This document shows positions 47,567 through 54,827 of a stretch of DNA of 64,000 nt, piece by piece. The notes under the pieces are model-generated. The model saw only the letters and a list, made by a program, of their open reading frames with translations, was not told the DNA's origin and made no database searches. How positions within the stretch are numbered: position 1 is the stretch's first letter; every line of letters starts with the position of its first letter. The stretch lies in contig CAZWOC010000007.1 in assembly GCA_964635655.1 (NCBI GenBank), forward strand, positions 44,605-108,604, given 5' to 3'. Source of the DNA: an uncultured Rikenella sp. GTDB taxonomy: Bacteria; Bacteroidota; Bacteroidia; Bacteroidales; VadinHA17. A program made the translations under genes and the position numbers.

Positions 47567-47594
47567 AGACGGCCTGAATACCTCAAATGTTACA
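47567..47594 (-). promoter_or_regulatory. candidate ECF-type autoregulated promoter TGTAAC-N17-CGTCT
   Basis: The minus strand reads TGTAAC ATTTGAGGTATTCAGGC CGTCT. It ends about 25 nt upstream of the sigma ATG and resembles the generic GAAC...CGTC ECF promoter pattern. Confidence 0.3.
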
Positions 47595-47603
47595 GGTGGC
47601 TGC

Positions 47604-47638
47604 ATAAAAAAATGAGAAAGCCGGGTCACAGACCCGGC
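47604..47638 (-). terminator. rho-independent terminator after the repeat/GH16-like gene
   Basis: Hairpin GCCGGGTC-ACA-GACCCGGC. On the minus strand CTTTCTCATTTTTTTAT follows. Confidence 0.55.
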
Positions 47639-47721
47639 CCTGCATCATATACAGGCAGCTAAATGCCTGTCAGACAGGTAACGACGAGTCTCAGGCCCGT
47701 CGCAACTTCATGTTTGGACAG

Positions 47722-49308
47722 TTATTTGGGTTGATATACCCTTACCCAGTCAACCTCCATCGAGGAGATCCCGCCGACGGGTCTTTCAACTCCTCCGGCA
47801 AGGTTGATGTACATGGGTTCCTGGGGTACACCTGTTGTCTGGCGCATTACCTCAACACCATTGATTTTCCATACAAGTGCTTCCGGCGTCCATTCAAGAG
47901 TGTAGATGTAAAAATCAGAAAGGTATCTGGAGCCGATGCTCTTCTTAAAGTGGTTCCCGTTAGCGGAGAAGAGGTCAAACCAGACTTTGCCGTGACCTGA
48001 CCTGCAGACATCAGCATGAGGTGTTATCCGGTCACCTATCAGCCAGAATGCGTTACGGACATTCGGATCAGAAAGTTTGATCTTGGCCGTGAAAATGCCG
48101 TACTTCTGCCTGAAGGAGGCCCCGGTGTTTATTATACCGGATGTAAAGCCGAAATCCTTTGTATAGAAACCCTTTACCGGATCCCATACCTTCCCGTTCA
48201 GCTTCTGCGGTTTTGTTATTATCCGCAGCACACTGTGACGCATCTCAAAGTTTTCAGAAGGTGTATAACAGTGCAGGTCGGTTGCAACACTGTAGCTGTC
48301 ATGCAACAGCTTTTCACCCCAGTAGTACTTGTTGAGCCATTTACTGCTGTCAGGCGCAGTACCGTCAAATTCATCGCTGAATGTAAGCACACGGTTTTTC
48401 AGAATATCGAACTTGTTCGAATCCTTAATACCGAAATACCATTTTATGTCAGGGGAATTTTTCAGTGTTTCGTACTCTTTAAGCTCCCTGAACATTTCGC
48501 TTTTTTCAAAGCGGCGCTTGTCGAGGAGGTACTCTTTTCGCTCTGTGAATTCTTTCGTTTTCAGGTATTCCTGAAGTTCATAGTACCTCTTGAGCCTTGC
48601 CGAGTCCTTTACCTGGACCCAGTTGTGATATTCCTTCGAAGCACGGAACTTGTAATAGCTGACTATGTCGCTTGCACTTTTTCTGGCTTTCAGATCCTGC
48701 AGTTTCTGATATTCGGTGGTGTCTTTGAATGTAACAGGTTTCATGTTCTTCTTCTGCAGGAAAGCCGACGAAGTAACCAGCGACTGCAGTTCTGAAAATC
48801 TTTTTACCTTCTCCGGATTGAGGTTTTTCTTCACCTCCTTGTCGCCCCTGAGTTTTTTGAATTCAAGCCATTTGCCGTATTCTTCGGTGTCTTTGAAAGT
48901 CACCGGTTTCATCTTTTCCTTCTGTTTGAATTCAGGCGACTGAACAAAGAGCTGCAAGTCTTCGATTTCTTTGATCCTTGAAGAGCCGTCGAGTGATGTG
49001 AAATTTTTAAGGAGTGTGCCTCCCTCGTTTTTGAAATATGAAACAATGTCTTTTGCTTTTTTCAGATTCAGGAATTCAGTCTCCCTGGCATGTTCCTCAG
49101 AGCCTTTATAGGCCAGTGATTCAATCTCTTTTCTTTTCTGCCTGAATCCGGCTGAGTTGACGCTCTCGTTCAGACGGTTGTATTTTGCAAGAGCTTCTGA
49201 TCCGGCAAATGCGATCATCTTTTCATATTCGGCAATAAGAGCCTTCTCTTCCTGTTCGATTTTGGAGGTTAAGGGGATCATCCCCAGCATCAGCTTTAAG
49301 GTTGACAT
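47722..49308 (-). CDS. repeat protein with a C-terminal GH16-like (concanavalin-like glucanase fold) domain lacking the catalytic motif
   Basis: 528 aa with no signal peptide. Residues 44-295 hold four K/E-rich repeats of about 55 aa. Residues 305-528 show a GH16-like pattern (SDEFDG...YGIFTAKIKL...NAFWLIG...YTLEWTPEALVWKINGVEV...MEVDWVRVYQ). Confidence 0.55.
   Translation of the reverse strand: MSTLKLMLGMIPLTSKIEQEEKALIAEYEKMIAFAGSEALAKYNRLNESVNSAGFRQKRKEIESLAYKGSEEHARETEFLNLKKAKDIVSYFKNEGGTLLKNFTSLDGSSRIKEIEDLQLFVQSPEFKQKEKMKPVTFKDTEEYGKWLEFKKLRGDKEVKKNLNPEKVKRFSELQSLVTSSAFLQKKNMKPVTFKDTTEYQKLQDLKARKSASDIVSYYKFRASKEYHNWVQVKDSARLKRYYELQEYLKTKEFTERKEYLLDKRRFEKSEMFRELKEYETLKNSPDIKWYFGIKDSNKFDILKNRVLTFSDEFDGTAPDSSKWLNKYYWGEKLLHDSYSVATDLHCYTPSENFEMRHSVLRIITKPQKLNGKVWDPVKGFYTKDFGFTSGIINTGASFRQKYGIFTAKIKLSDPNVRNAFWLIGDRITPHADVCRSGHGKVWFDLFSANGNHFKKSIGSRYLSDFYIYTLEWTPEALVWKINGVEVMRQTTGVPQEPMYINLAGGVERPVGGISSMEVDWVRVYQPK
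48424..49179 (-). repeat. intragenic tandem repeats (four units of about 165 nt)
   Basis: Units share [YF]xxLxxxVxSxxFxxKxxxKPVTFKDTxEYxxxxxxKxxxxxxDIVSY[FY]K. KMKPVTFKDTEEY and NMKPVTFKDTTEY are near-identical at the DNA level too. Confidence 0.6.
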
Positions 49309-49456
49309 TGCAGGTTGCTTTTTGGTATAGTTCCGTTAAAGTTAAAAATCTTTCAAATATTATAGTCGCATCGGTCAATTATTTGTTAATTAGGCATTAA
49401 CAAGTATAATCAGACCGGTTGCGACAATCAGTTTATTTTCAACAGAATAAAAACGG

Positions 49457-50398
49457 ATGAAAAAGCTCATTATTGTTACAGTCATCATAATGCTGGCTTC
49501 CTGTGCCACTGTGAGGCATGCTTCAGCTCCTGCTGCAGGTCTTCCCGGAGGGGAAGCCATGAACCAGTCCGGATCCGTATCAGTCGAGGATCAGGACCAC
49601 CTGATCCTTGCCACGCTATGGTACCAGAAGTCGGCAGAGATGCGTGCCCTTTACTATCAGTGCTTCCGCAATGCAGAGACCGCCCTGAAGGAAAATCTTG
49701 AACTGCAAAGGCAAACATGGTCTGCCCCGGAGCATCATCAGGCAGAATCTCCGGCAGTTTCAGCGCTGTCAGCAGGAGAAACAGACGGAGCCGCTTTGGA
49801 CCACCGTCCCCGGACCGGGCCGGTAAAGCCCGCCGCAGTGGTCCTTGACATAGACGAGACCCTGCTTGACAATTCCCCCTTCCAGGGATGGCAGGTGCTT
49901 GAGAAGAAGTCCTTCAACAATGACGACTGGTTCCGCTGGGTTGAGCTTGCCCGCGCCAGGCCGCTCCCCGGTGCGGTGGAATTCACTATGTACGCAGACT
50001 CCCTGGGAGTGGAAGTGTTCTATGTCTCCAACAGAACAGTGCAGGAGAGAGGTCCTACAATTCAAAACATGGCTGCCATGGGATTTGCCAACGCAGACAG
50101 CGCCCACATCCTGCTTAAGGAGACCACCTCTTCAAAGGCGGAGAGACGGGCGATGATAGAAAATAACTATGAAATCATTTTACTGGTGGGAGATAACCTC
50201 GCTGACCTGGGAGATAGTTATGAAAAGCGCGGAGCTGATTACGGTTTCGGGGCAGTTGATGCTGACCGCCGGCTTTTCGGCACGAAATACATAGTGCTCC
50301 CCAACCCGATGTACGGCAACTGGCTCAATGACCTTCTCCGGACAGCCCCGGGAAGCACTGAACGGGAAAAGCTTGTAAATCTGCTGAATGGATTCTGA
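49457..50398 (+). CDS. class C acid phosphatase / 5'-nucleotidase, lipoprotein e(P4) family
   Basis: 313 aa. Lipobox MLASC. HAD DDDD motifs VVLDIDETLLDNSP and VGDNLADL. YVSNR. Confidence 0.8.
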   Translation: MKKLIIVTVIIMLASCATVRHASAPAAGLPGGEAMNQSGSVSVEDQDHLILATLWYQKSAEMRALYYQCFRNAETALKENLELQRQTWSAPEHHQAESPAVSALSAGETDGAALDHRPRTGPVKPAAVVLDIDETLLDNSPFQGWQVLEKKSFNNDDWFRWVELARARPLPGAVEFTMYADSLGVEVFYVSNRTVQERGPTIQNMAAMGFANADSAHILLKETTSSKAERRAMIENNYEIILLVGDNLADLGDSYEKRGADYGFGAVDADRRLFGTKYIVLPNPMYGNWLNDLLRTAPGSTEREKLVNLLNGF

Positions 50399-50427
50399 CA
50401 GCCGGCCATGATGCAGCAGGCCGGCTG
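50399..50427 (+). terminator. hairpin after the e(P4) gene (possible terminator)
   Basis: CAGCCGGCC-(11 nt)-GGCCGGCTG immediately after the stop. The downstream T-run is weak (ACTTTCATTTCTTT). Confidence 0.35.
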
Positions 50428-50497
50428 TAAATCGACTTTCATTTCTTTAATTAAATCCTATGACTTAATAATTGAAACATAGATAATTATCTGTAAT

Positions 50498-50554
50498 GAC
50501 TATAAAAATAGACGAAAAATATTAAATAAATTTGTGCGTCTATAAATATAGTCG
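50498..50554. promoter_or_regulatory. pair of inverted 17-bp operator-like sites upstream of blaI
   Basis: GACTATAAAAATAGACG (50498-50514) and CGTCTATAAATATAGTC (50538-50554). Each has a CTAT-N4-ATAG dyad. Centres are 40 bp apart. Confidence 0.4.
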
Positions 50555-50605
50555 TATGTTTGTGTTGAAGGATTGATTGAAAATTGATGCCCGGCTGCGG
50601 GCAAT

Positions 50606-51007
50606 ATGGTGTTGTTATTTAATGCTATGACCATGCAAATGACGAAGGCTGAAGAGCAGATAATGCAGATTTTATGGGACCTGGAAGAGGGCGTTGTAAA
50701 GGATATCAGGGATCGGCTCGAGGATCCGAAGCCTGCGCGAAACACAATCTCGACGGTGCTGAAGGTGCTTGAAAAGAAGGGTTATGTCGGACACCGGGCC
50801 TATGCGAACGTTTTTCTTTATTTTCCGCTTGTTTCGAAACGGGAGTATTCGAAACACCAGCTGTTCGGCCTGCTCGAGGGGTACTTCAACAATTCGTTCC
50901 CGGCAATGACATCGTTCTTTGCAAGGGAGAAGAATCTTTCTGTGAATGACCTTGACAGGATCCTCAGGGAGGCACGCGAAGAGCTTGATGAAAACCAACA
51001 GGAATAA
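50606..51007 (+). CDS. BlaI/MecI/CopY family transcriptional repressor
   Basis: Winged helix LTKAEEQIMQILW...ISTVLKVLEKKGYV. The true start is probably one of the in-frame ATGs at 50627, 50633 or 50639. Confidence 0.85.
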   Translation: MVLLFNAMTMQMTKAEEQIMQILWDLEEGVVKDIRDRLEDPKPARNTISTVLKVLEKKGYVGHRAYANVFLYFPLVSKREYSKHQLFGLLEGYFNNSFPAMTSFFAREKNLSVNDLDRILREAREELDENQQE

Positions 51008-51010
51008 GAT

Positions 51011-53080
51011 ATGGAACAGGCTGTTTTCTACCTTCTGAAGTCGGCCGCATGGCTTGCCGGATTTACACTGCTCTATCTGATCTTCCTCCGGAACGAGAGA
51101 TTTTTCATGCTTAAGCGAATATACCTTGTGGCAGAAATGATCTTCTCGCTGGCGCTTCCGCTTGTGACACTGCATTACAGGGTTGAGATGCCGGCACCTT
51201 TGTTGCCGGAAACCGCTGTGATGTCGTCAGTTCAGGCTTTGCAACCGGCAGTGGCGGATGGAATTGGTGAAGAGGCGCAGCCCCTGAAGTGGTTCATGAT
51301 TTTGTACGCCGCAGGAATACTCTTCCTGCTCGGACGAACGCTGAGTCACCTCTTTTCTGTTTTCCGCATTGTAAGAAAAGGGCCGGTAAACAGGGAAGGT
51401 GATGCATTGCTTGTAACAACTGAAAAATATACCTCCGCATTCTCATTTTTCAATTATGTCTTTATCGATCCTTCACTGAGCGGGCGGGAGGTACGGGAGA
51501 TCCTGAACCATGAGATGGTGCACCTCAGACAAAAACACTGGTTTGATCTCCTCGTTGTTGAAGTGATGAGCCTGGTGCAATGGATGAATCCTTTTGCATG
51601 GATATGTTCGGCGCTTGTCAGGCAGAATCATGAGCACCTTGCCGACGAGGAGGCGCTGCAGCGTACCTCTGACCCGGCTGGTTACAGGGCGGCCCTTCTC
51701 AACCAGGTCTTCAGTGCCAGGCTGATAAGCCTCTCAAATTCGTTCAACTTTTCGTTTAACACAAACAGGTTTGAAATGATGAAAAAGAAAAATTACTCTC
51801 CATACAGGAAGCTGAAATTGCTTCTTGTTCTGCCGGTCGCGGCAGCTCTTTTATATGCATTTGCATCTCCCAGGTATGTATATGCAGACCCTTCTGCACC
51901 GGGAGAAATAACGATTCTTCAGCCGGAAGCACTTACCCAGGTTCTTGCCAGGGGAGTGGTTTACAATGAAGACGGCGCTCCCTTTCCCGGAGTAAGCGTG
52001 AACGTGTCCGGAACCACCCTCATGACAATCACCGGCCCTGACGGCAGGTTTGAGTTCAGGAGCATACCCGAAAACGTTATACTTCTGTTTACACATAAAG
52101 GCTACAAATATTTGCCGCTTAAGCCACAGTTTGACAAGGAGATGTCAGTTAAGATGATCCCCGATCCCGATTATGTTGATCCGGCCACAGTAAAGCCTGA
52201 TCCTGCCAGGAAGGTCCGTGCTGTAGTGGTTGACGGCGTTCTGACTGACGAAACTGAAGGCGCGGTCATGCAAAGAATGAAGGATGATCTGGGAGTGCTT
52301 AATACACTTAATCCTGAAGATGCAGTGAAAAAATACGGAGACAGGGCAGCGTCCGGGGCAGTTGAATTCTGGTCTGTGAAGAAGGCCAGGGAAATGGGAA
52401 TGAAGGTGCCGCTGCGCAGAAAATCCGAAAATGACTTTCCGACATTTGACGGTAATTCGTACCTGGCGTTCAATGACTGGGTGATAAGCCGTACCTCATA
52501 CCCTGAGGAGGCAGTACGGGAGGGAATTTCCGGATGGGCAAGAGTAAGCTATACAGTTGATACGGAGGGAAATATCACAAACATTAAACCGACGGCAACA
52601 ACAAATGTCATTCTTGGCAATGCCCTTACGGAGGTTATTATGACTTCACCCCGCTGGACCCCGCCACGAAATCCGGAGATGAATGAACCGTTCACTGCCG
52701 AGGTTGTGGCTAAGTTTGCTCTGCCCGATAAAGTGAAAACAGCTGTAACTTTTGTGGTTGTGGAAGAGATGCCGCATTTTCCGGGGGGAGATCAGGCCCT
52801 GTTCGACTATATTTATGAGAATGTGAAGTATCCTCCTGAAGCAAAAGCCCAGGGTATCCAGGGTAAGGTCATACTCCGTTTCGTTGTCACGGCTGAGGGT
52901 AAGGTTGCTGATATAACTGTGGTCAGAGGTGTTCATTCCCTTCTTGATGAGGAGGCAATCAGGGTGATGAGCGGTGTCCCCGAATGGATTCCCGGAAGGC
53001 AGGGAGGCAAACCGGTAGATGTCTATTATTCCCTCCCGATCAGTTTTAGCCTCAAGGATAGCACTGATAATGCAAAATGA
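51011..53080 (+). CDS. M56 (BlaR1-type) metallopeptidase sensor fused to CarboxypepD_reg-like and two TonB C-terminal-like domains
   Basis: 689 aa. 4 N-terminal TMs with HEMVHLRQKHW (HExxH). ARGVVYNEDGAPFPGVSVNVSGT. Two repeats of the TonB-C pattern (YPEEAVREGISGWARVSY / YPPEAKAQGIQGKVILRF). Confidence 0.85.
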   Translation: MEQAVFYLLKSAAWLAGFTLLYLIFLRNERFFMLKRIYLVAEMIFSLALPLVTLHYRVEMPAPLLPETAVMSSVQALQPAVADGIGEEAQPLKWFMILYAAGILFLLGRTLSHLFSVFRIVRKGPVNREGDALLVTTEKYTSAFSFFNYVFIDPSLSGREVREILNHEMVHLRQKHWFDLLVVEVMSLVQWMNPFAWICSALVRQNHEHLADEEALQRTSDPAGYRAALLNQVFSARLISLSNSFNFSFNTNRFEMMKKKNYSPYRKLKLLLVLPVAAALLYAFASPRYVYADPSAPGEITILQPEALTQVLARGVVYNEDGAPFPGVSVNVSGTTLMTITGPDGRFEFRSIPENVILLFTHKGYKYLPLKPQFDKEMSVKMIPDPDYVDPATVKPDPARKVRAVVVDGVLTDETEGAVMQRMKDDLGVLNTLNPEDAVKKYGDRAASGAVEFWSVKKAREMGMKVPLRRKSENDFPTFDGNSYLAFNDWVISRTSYPEEAVREGISGWARVSYTVDTEGNITNIKPTATTNVILGNALTEVIMTSPRWTPPRNPEMNEPFTAEVVAKFALPDKVKTAVTFVVVEEMPHFPGGDQALFDYIYENVKYPPEAKAQGIQGKVILRFVVTAEGKVADITVVRGVHSLLDEEAIRVMSGVPEWIPGRQGGKPVDVYYSLPISFSLKDSTDNAK

Positions 53081-53104
53081 ATTGACAGGTCTGTAATAAC
53101 GAAG

Positions 53105-53137
53105 TCCGGGAGGGATAATCTCTCCCGGATTTGTTTT
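53105..53137 (+). terminator. rho-independent terminator after blaR1-like gene
   Basis: TCCGGGAG-(9 nt)-CTCCCGGA followed by TTTGTTTT. Confidence 0.65.
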
Positions 53138-53193
53138 AGACGGGGCGGGGGAAGAATCAAATGACCCTGTTCTATATTTTTGCCCCATTGACA

Positions 53194-53244
53194 CTACTGC
53201 CTACTGCCTACTGACTATTGCCTCTTGCCTCTTGCCTCTTGCCT
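53194..53244. repeat. heptanucleotide tandem repeat, about 7.3 copies
   Basis: CTACTGC CTACTGC CTACTGA CTATTGC CTCTTGC CTCTTGC CTCTTGC CT. It is intergenic. Confidence 0.9.
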
Positions 53245-53295
53245 CTTGCCTGATCAGCAATGCTGTAACCATTATGCAGTATTTTTCAAAAAAAA

Positions 53296-53327
53296 TTTGC
53301 AAATAATTTATCCCTGATTTATCTTTG
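53296..53327 (+). promoter_or_regulatory. candidate Bacteroidota-type promoter (-33 TTTG / -7 TATCTTTG) of the TetR operon
   Basis: TTTG at 53296-53299 preceded by an A8 tract. TATCTTTG (TAnnTTTG) at 53320-53327, 20 nt downstream. Confidence 0.4.
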
Positions 53328-53369
53328 ACCGACCGTTCAATCAAAAACGGTATTTTAAGAGGGAATTTA

Positions 53370-53389
53370 TTGAATGAACGTTTAATCAA
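53370..53389. promoter_or_regulatory. imperfect 20-bp palindrome, candidate TetR operator
   Basis: TTGAATGAACGTTTAATCAA has 16/20 self-complementary positions, centred on AACGTT, and ends 5 nt before the TetR ATG. The related direct motif CGTT(C/T)AATCAAAAA occurs at 53334-53347 and 53379-53392. Confidence 0.4.
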
Positions 53390-53394
53390 AAATC

Positions 53395-54027
53395 ATGTCA
53401 CCAAGATCATCTGCACAATTCGAGGAGATGAGGGAGGAGAAAAAAACCCTCATAATGAATACCGCCCTGGAACATTTCTCTGACTACGGGTTTCATGCAA
53501 CCACAATAAGTCACATAGCCAGGCACGCCGGCATCTCCAAGGGACTTATGTACAATTATTACAAAAGCAAGGAAGAACTCCTGGCGGCAATCATCAACCG
53601 GTCACTTGACGAAATCTACAGCAGCTTCAATCCTGACAATGACAGTAACCTGACCCCCGGTGAATTTGAAAATTTTATCAGAAAAATTTTTGCCATCTTC
53701 CGTGAAAAGAGACAATTCTGGAAACTGATATACCGCGTTATGCTGCAAAGGGGGGTGTATGAACATCTTTTTGACGACCCGGACGCAACATTCACGGTGG
53801 GCGGCATGCCGTTAACAGAATATTCAGCTTATATGGGAAAACTGTTTGCTGACTATTTCGTCAGGAAAAAGGAGACGGAAGGGCCTGATTATGACCCGGT
53901 AACCGAAATGCTTATGTTCTCCAACACTGTTAAGGGGTTTGCAATGACATATATATTTGCTCCCGGGCAGTACCCCGATGAATACTTCGAAAAAATTATT
54001 GAAACCTTAATAAGGAAATACAAATGA
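53395..54027 (+). CDS. TetR/AcrR family transcriptional regulator
   Basis: 210 aa. N-terminal HTH ALEHFSDYGFHATTISHIARHAGISKGLMYNYYKSKEEL. Confidence 0.9.
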   Translation: MSPRSSAQFEEMREEKKTLIMNTALEHFSDYGFHATTISHIARHAGISKGLMYNYYKSKEELLAAIINRSLDEIYSSFNPDNDSNLTPGEFENFIRKIFAIFREKRQFWKLIYRVMLQRGVYEHLFDDPDATFTVGGMPLTEYSAYMGKLFADYFVRKKETEGPDYDPVTEMLMFSNTVKGFAMTYIFAPGQYPDEYFEKIIETLIRKYK

Positions 54028-54800
54028 AAGGACTGTTCAGTCTTACCGTAGCTTCAGCATCGGTTTTTCTTATGCTTCCGGCATTATCCGTTCCGGCTCA
54101 ATCGCAACAGCTTACGGCTAAGGAGATAGTGACAAAGGCTGCTGAGAAATTCAACGGAGAAAAGTCTGGTTACAGCGTAATGAGCATGACAATCGTCCGG
54201 CCTGCCTGGCAGAGAACTGTGGAGTTCAAATCATGGTCACTCGGTGATGACTATGCTCTGACCCTCATCACAGCGCCAGCCAGGGAAAAGGGGCAGACTT
54301 TCCTCAAGCGCAGTAGCGAGATGTGGAGCTGGAACCCGGCAATCAACAGGCTCATTAAACTCCCTCCGTCAATGATGTCACAGGGATGGATGGGTTCAGA
54401 CTATACAAATGATGATATACTCCGCGAGTCCTCGGTTGTGAAGGACTATGACCATTTCCTTGAGGGGGAAGAGGAAGTTGACGGACGGCTTTGCCACAAG
54501 ATCAGGCTGACAGCCAGGGAGGATGCCGATGTTCTCTGGAGCCGCCAGATGTGGTGGGTCGACAAAAGGGATTTTATTGTATTAAAAGCCGAGCTCTATG
54601 ATGAGGATGGCTACCTTGTCAGGACTGAACGCGGGATGGATCTCAGGACCATGGACGGCAGGCTGATACCGACAACCCTTGAGCTTGTTCCGGCAGAACA
54701 GGAAGGCCATAAAACCGTATTAAAGATCACTGAGATTAAATTCAATATCATGATTGAAGAGAGCTTTTTCTCACAGCAGAATATGAAAACAATCAGATAG
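54024..54800 (+). CDS. periplasmic LolA-like (outer membrane lipoprotein-sorting) protein
   Basis: 258 aa. Type I signal peptide (...LSVPAQSQ) with no lipobox. The beta-rich sequence looks to me like the LolA_like family. It overlaps the TetR stop by 4 nt. Confidence 0.6.
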   Translation: MKGLFSLTVASASVFLMLPALSVPAQSQQLTAKEIVTKAAEKFNGEKSGYSVMSMTIVRPAWQRTVEFKSWSLGDDYALTLITAPAREKGQTFLKRSSEMWSWNPAINRLIKLPPSMMSQGWMGSDYTNDDILRESSVVKDYDHFLEGEEEVDGRLCHKIRLTAREDADVLWSRQMWWVDKRDFIVLKAELYDEDGYLVRTERGMDLRTMDGRLIPTTLELVPAEQEGHKTVLKITEIKFNIMIEESFFSQQNMKTIR

Positions 54801-54827
54801 TGCCGGGTTAATGAAAGGATTACAGTC

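Noticed and set aside
48016-48795. 259-aa plus-strand ORF, the longest antisense ORF in the window
   Set aside because: It lies entirely antisense to the K/E-rich repeat region of the 47722-49308 gene. AAR/GAR codons read as YTT/YTC on the other strand, which removes stop codons. The product is low-complexity F/L/V-rich with no motif.
52646-53194. 182-aa minus-strand ORF starting at the heptamer repeat
   Set aside because: About 80 percent of it is antisense to the TonB-C domains of the blaR1-like gene, and it crosses that gene's terminator hairpin. No motifs.
53194-53244. Possibility that the short tandem repeat is a degenerate CRISPR array
   Set aside because: The units are 7 nt with no spacers, there are no cas genes anywhere in the window, and the total length is only 51 nt. 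It is a microsatellite.
53201-53389. 62-aa minus-strand ORF in the blaR1-TetR intergenic region
   Set aside because: It spans the predicted TetR promoter and operator and translates the heptamer repeat (QEARGKRQEA...). It has no motif and no start context, and the A/T-rich promoter DNA explains the open frame.
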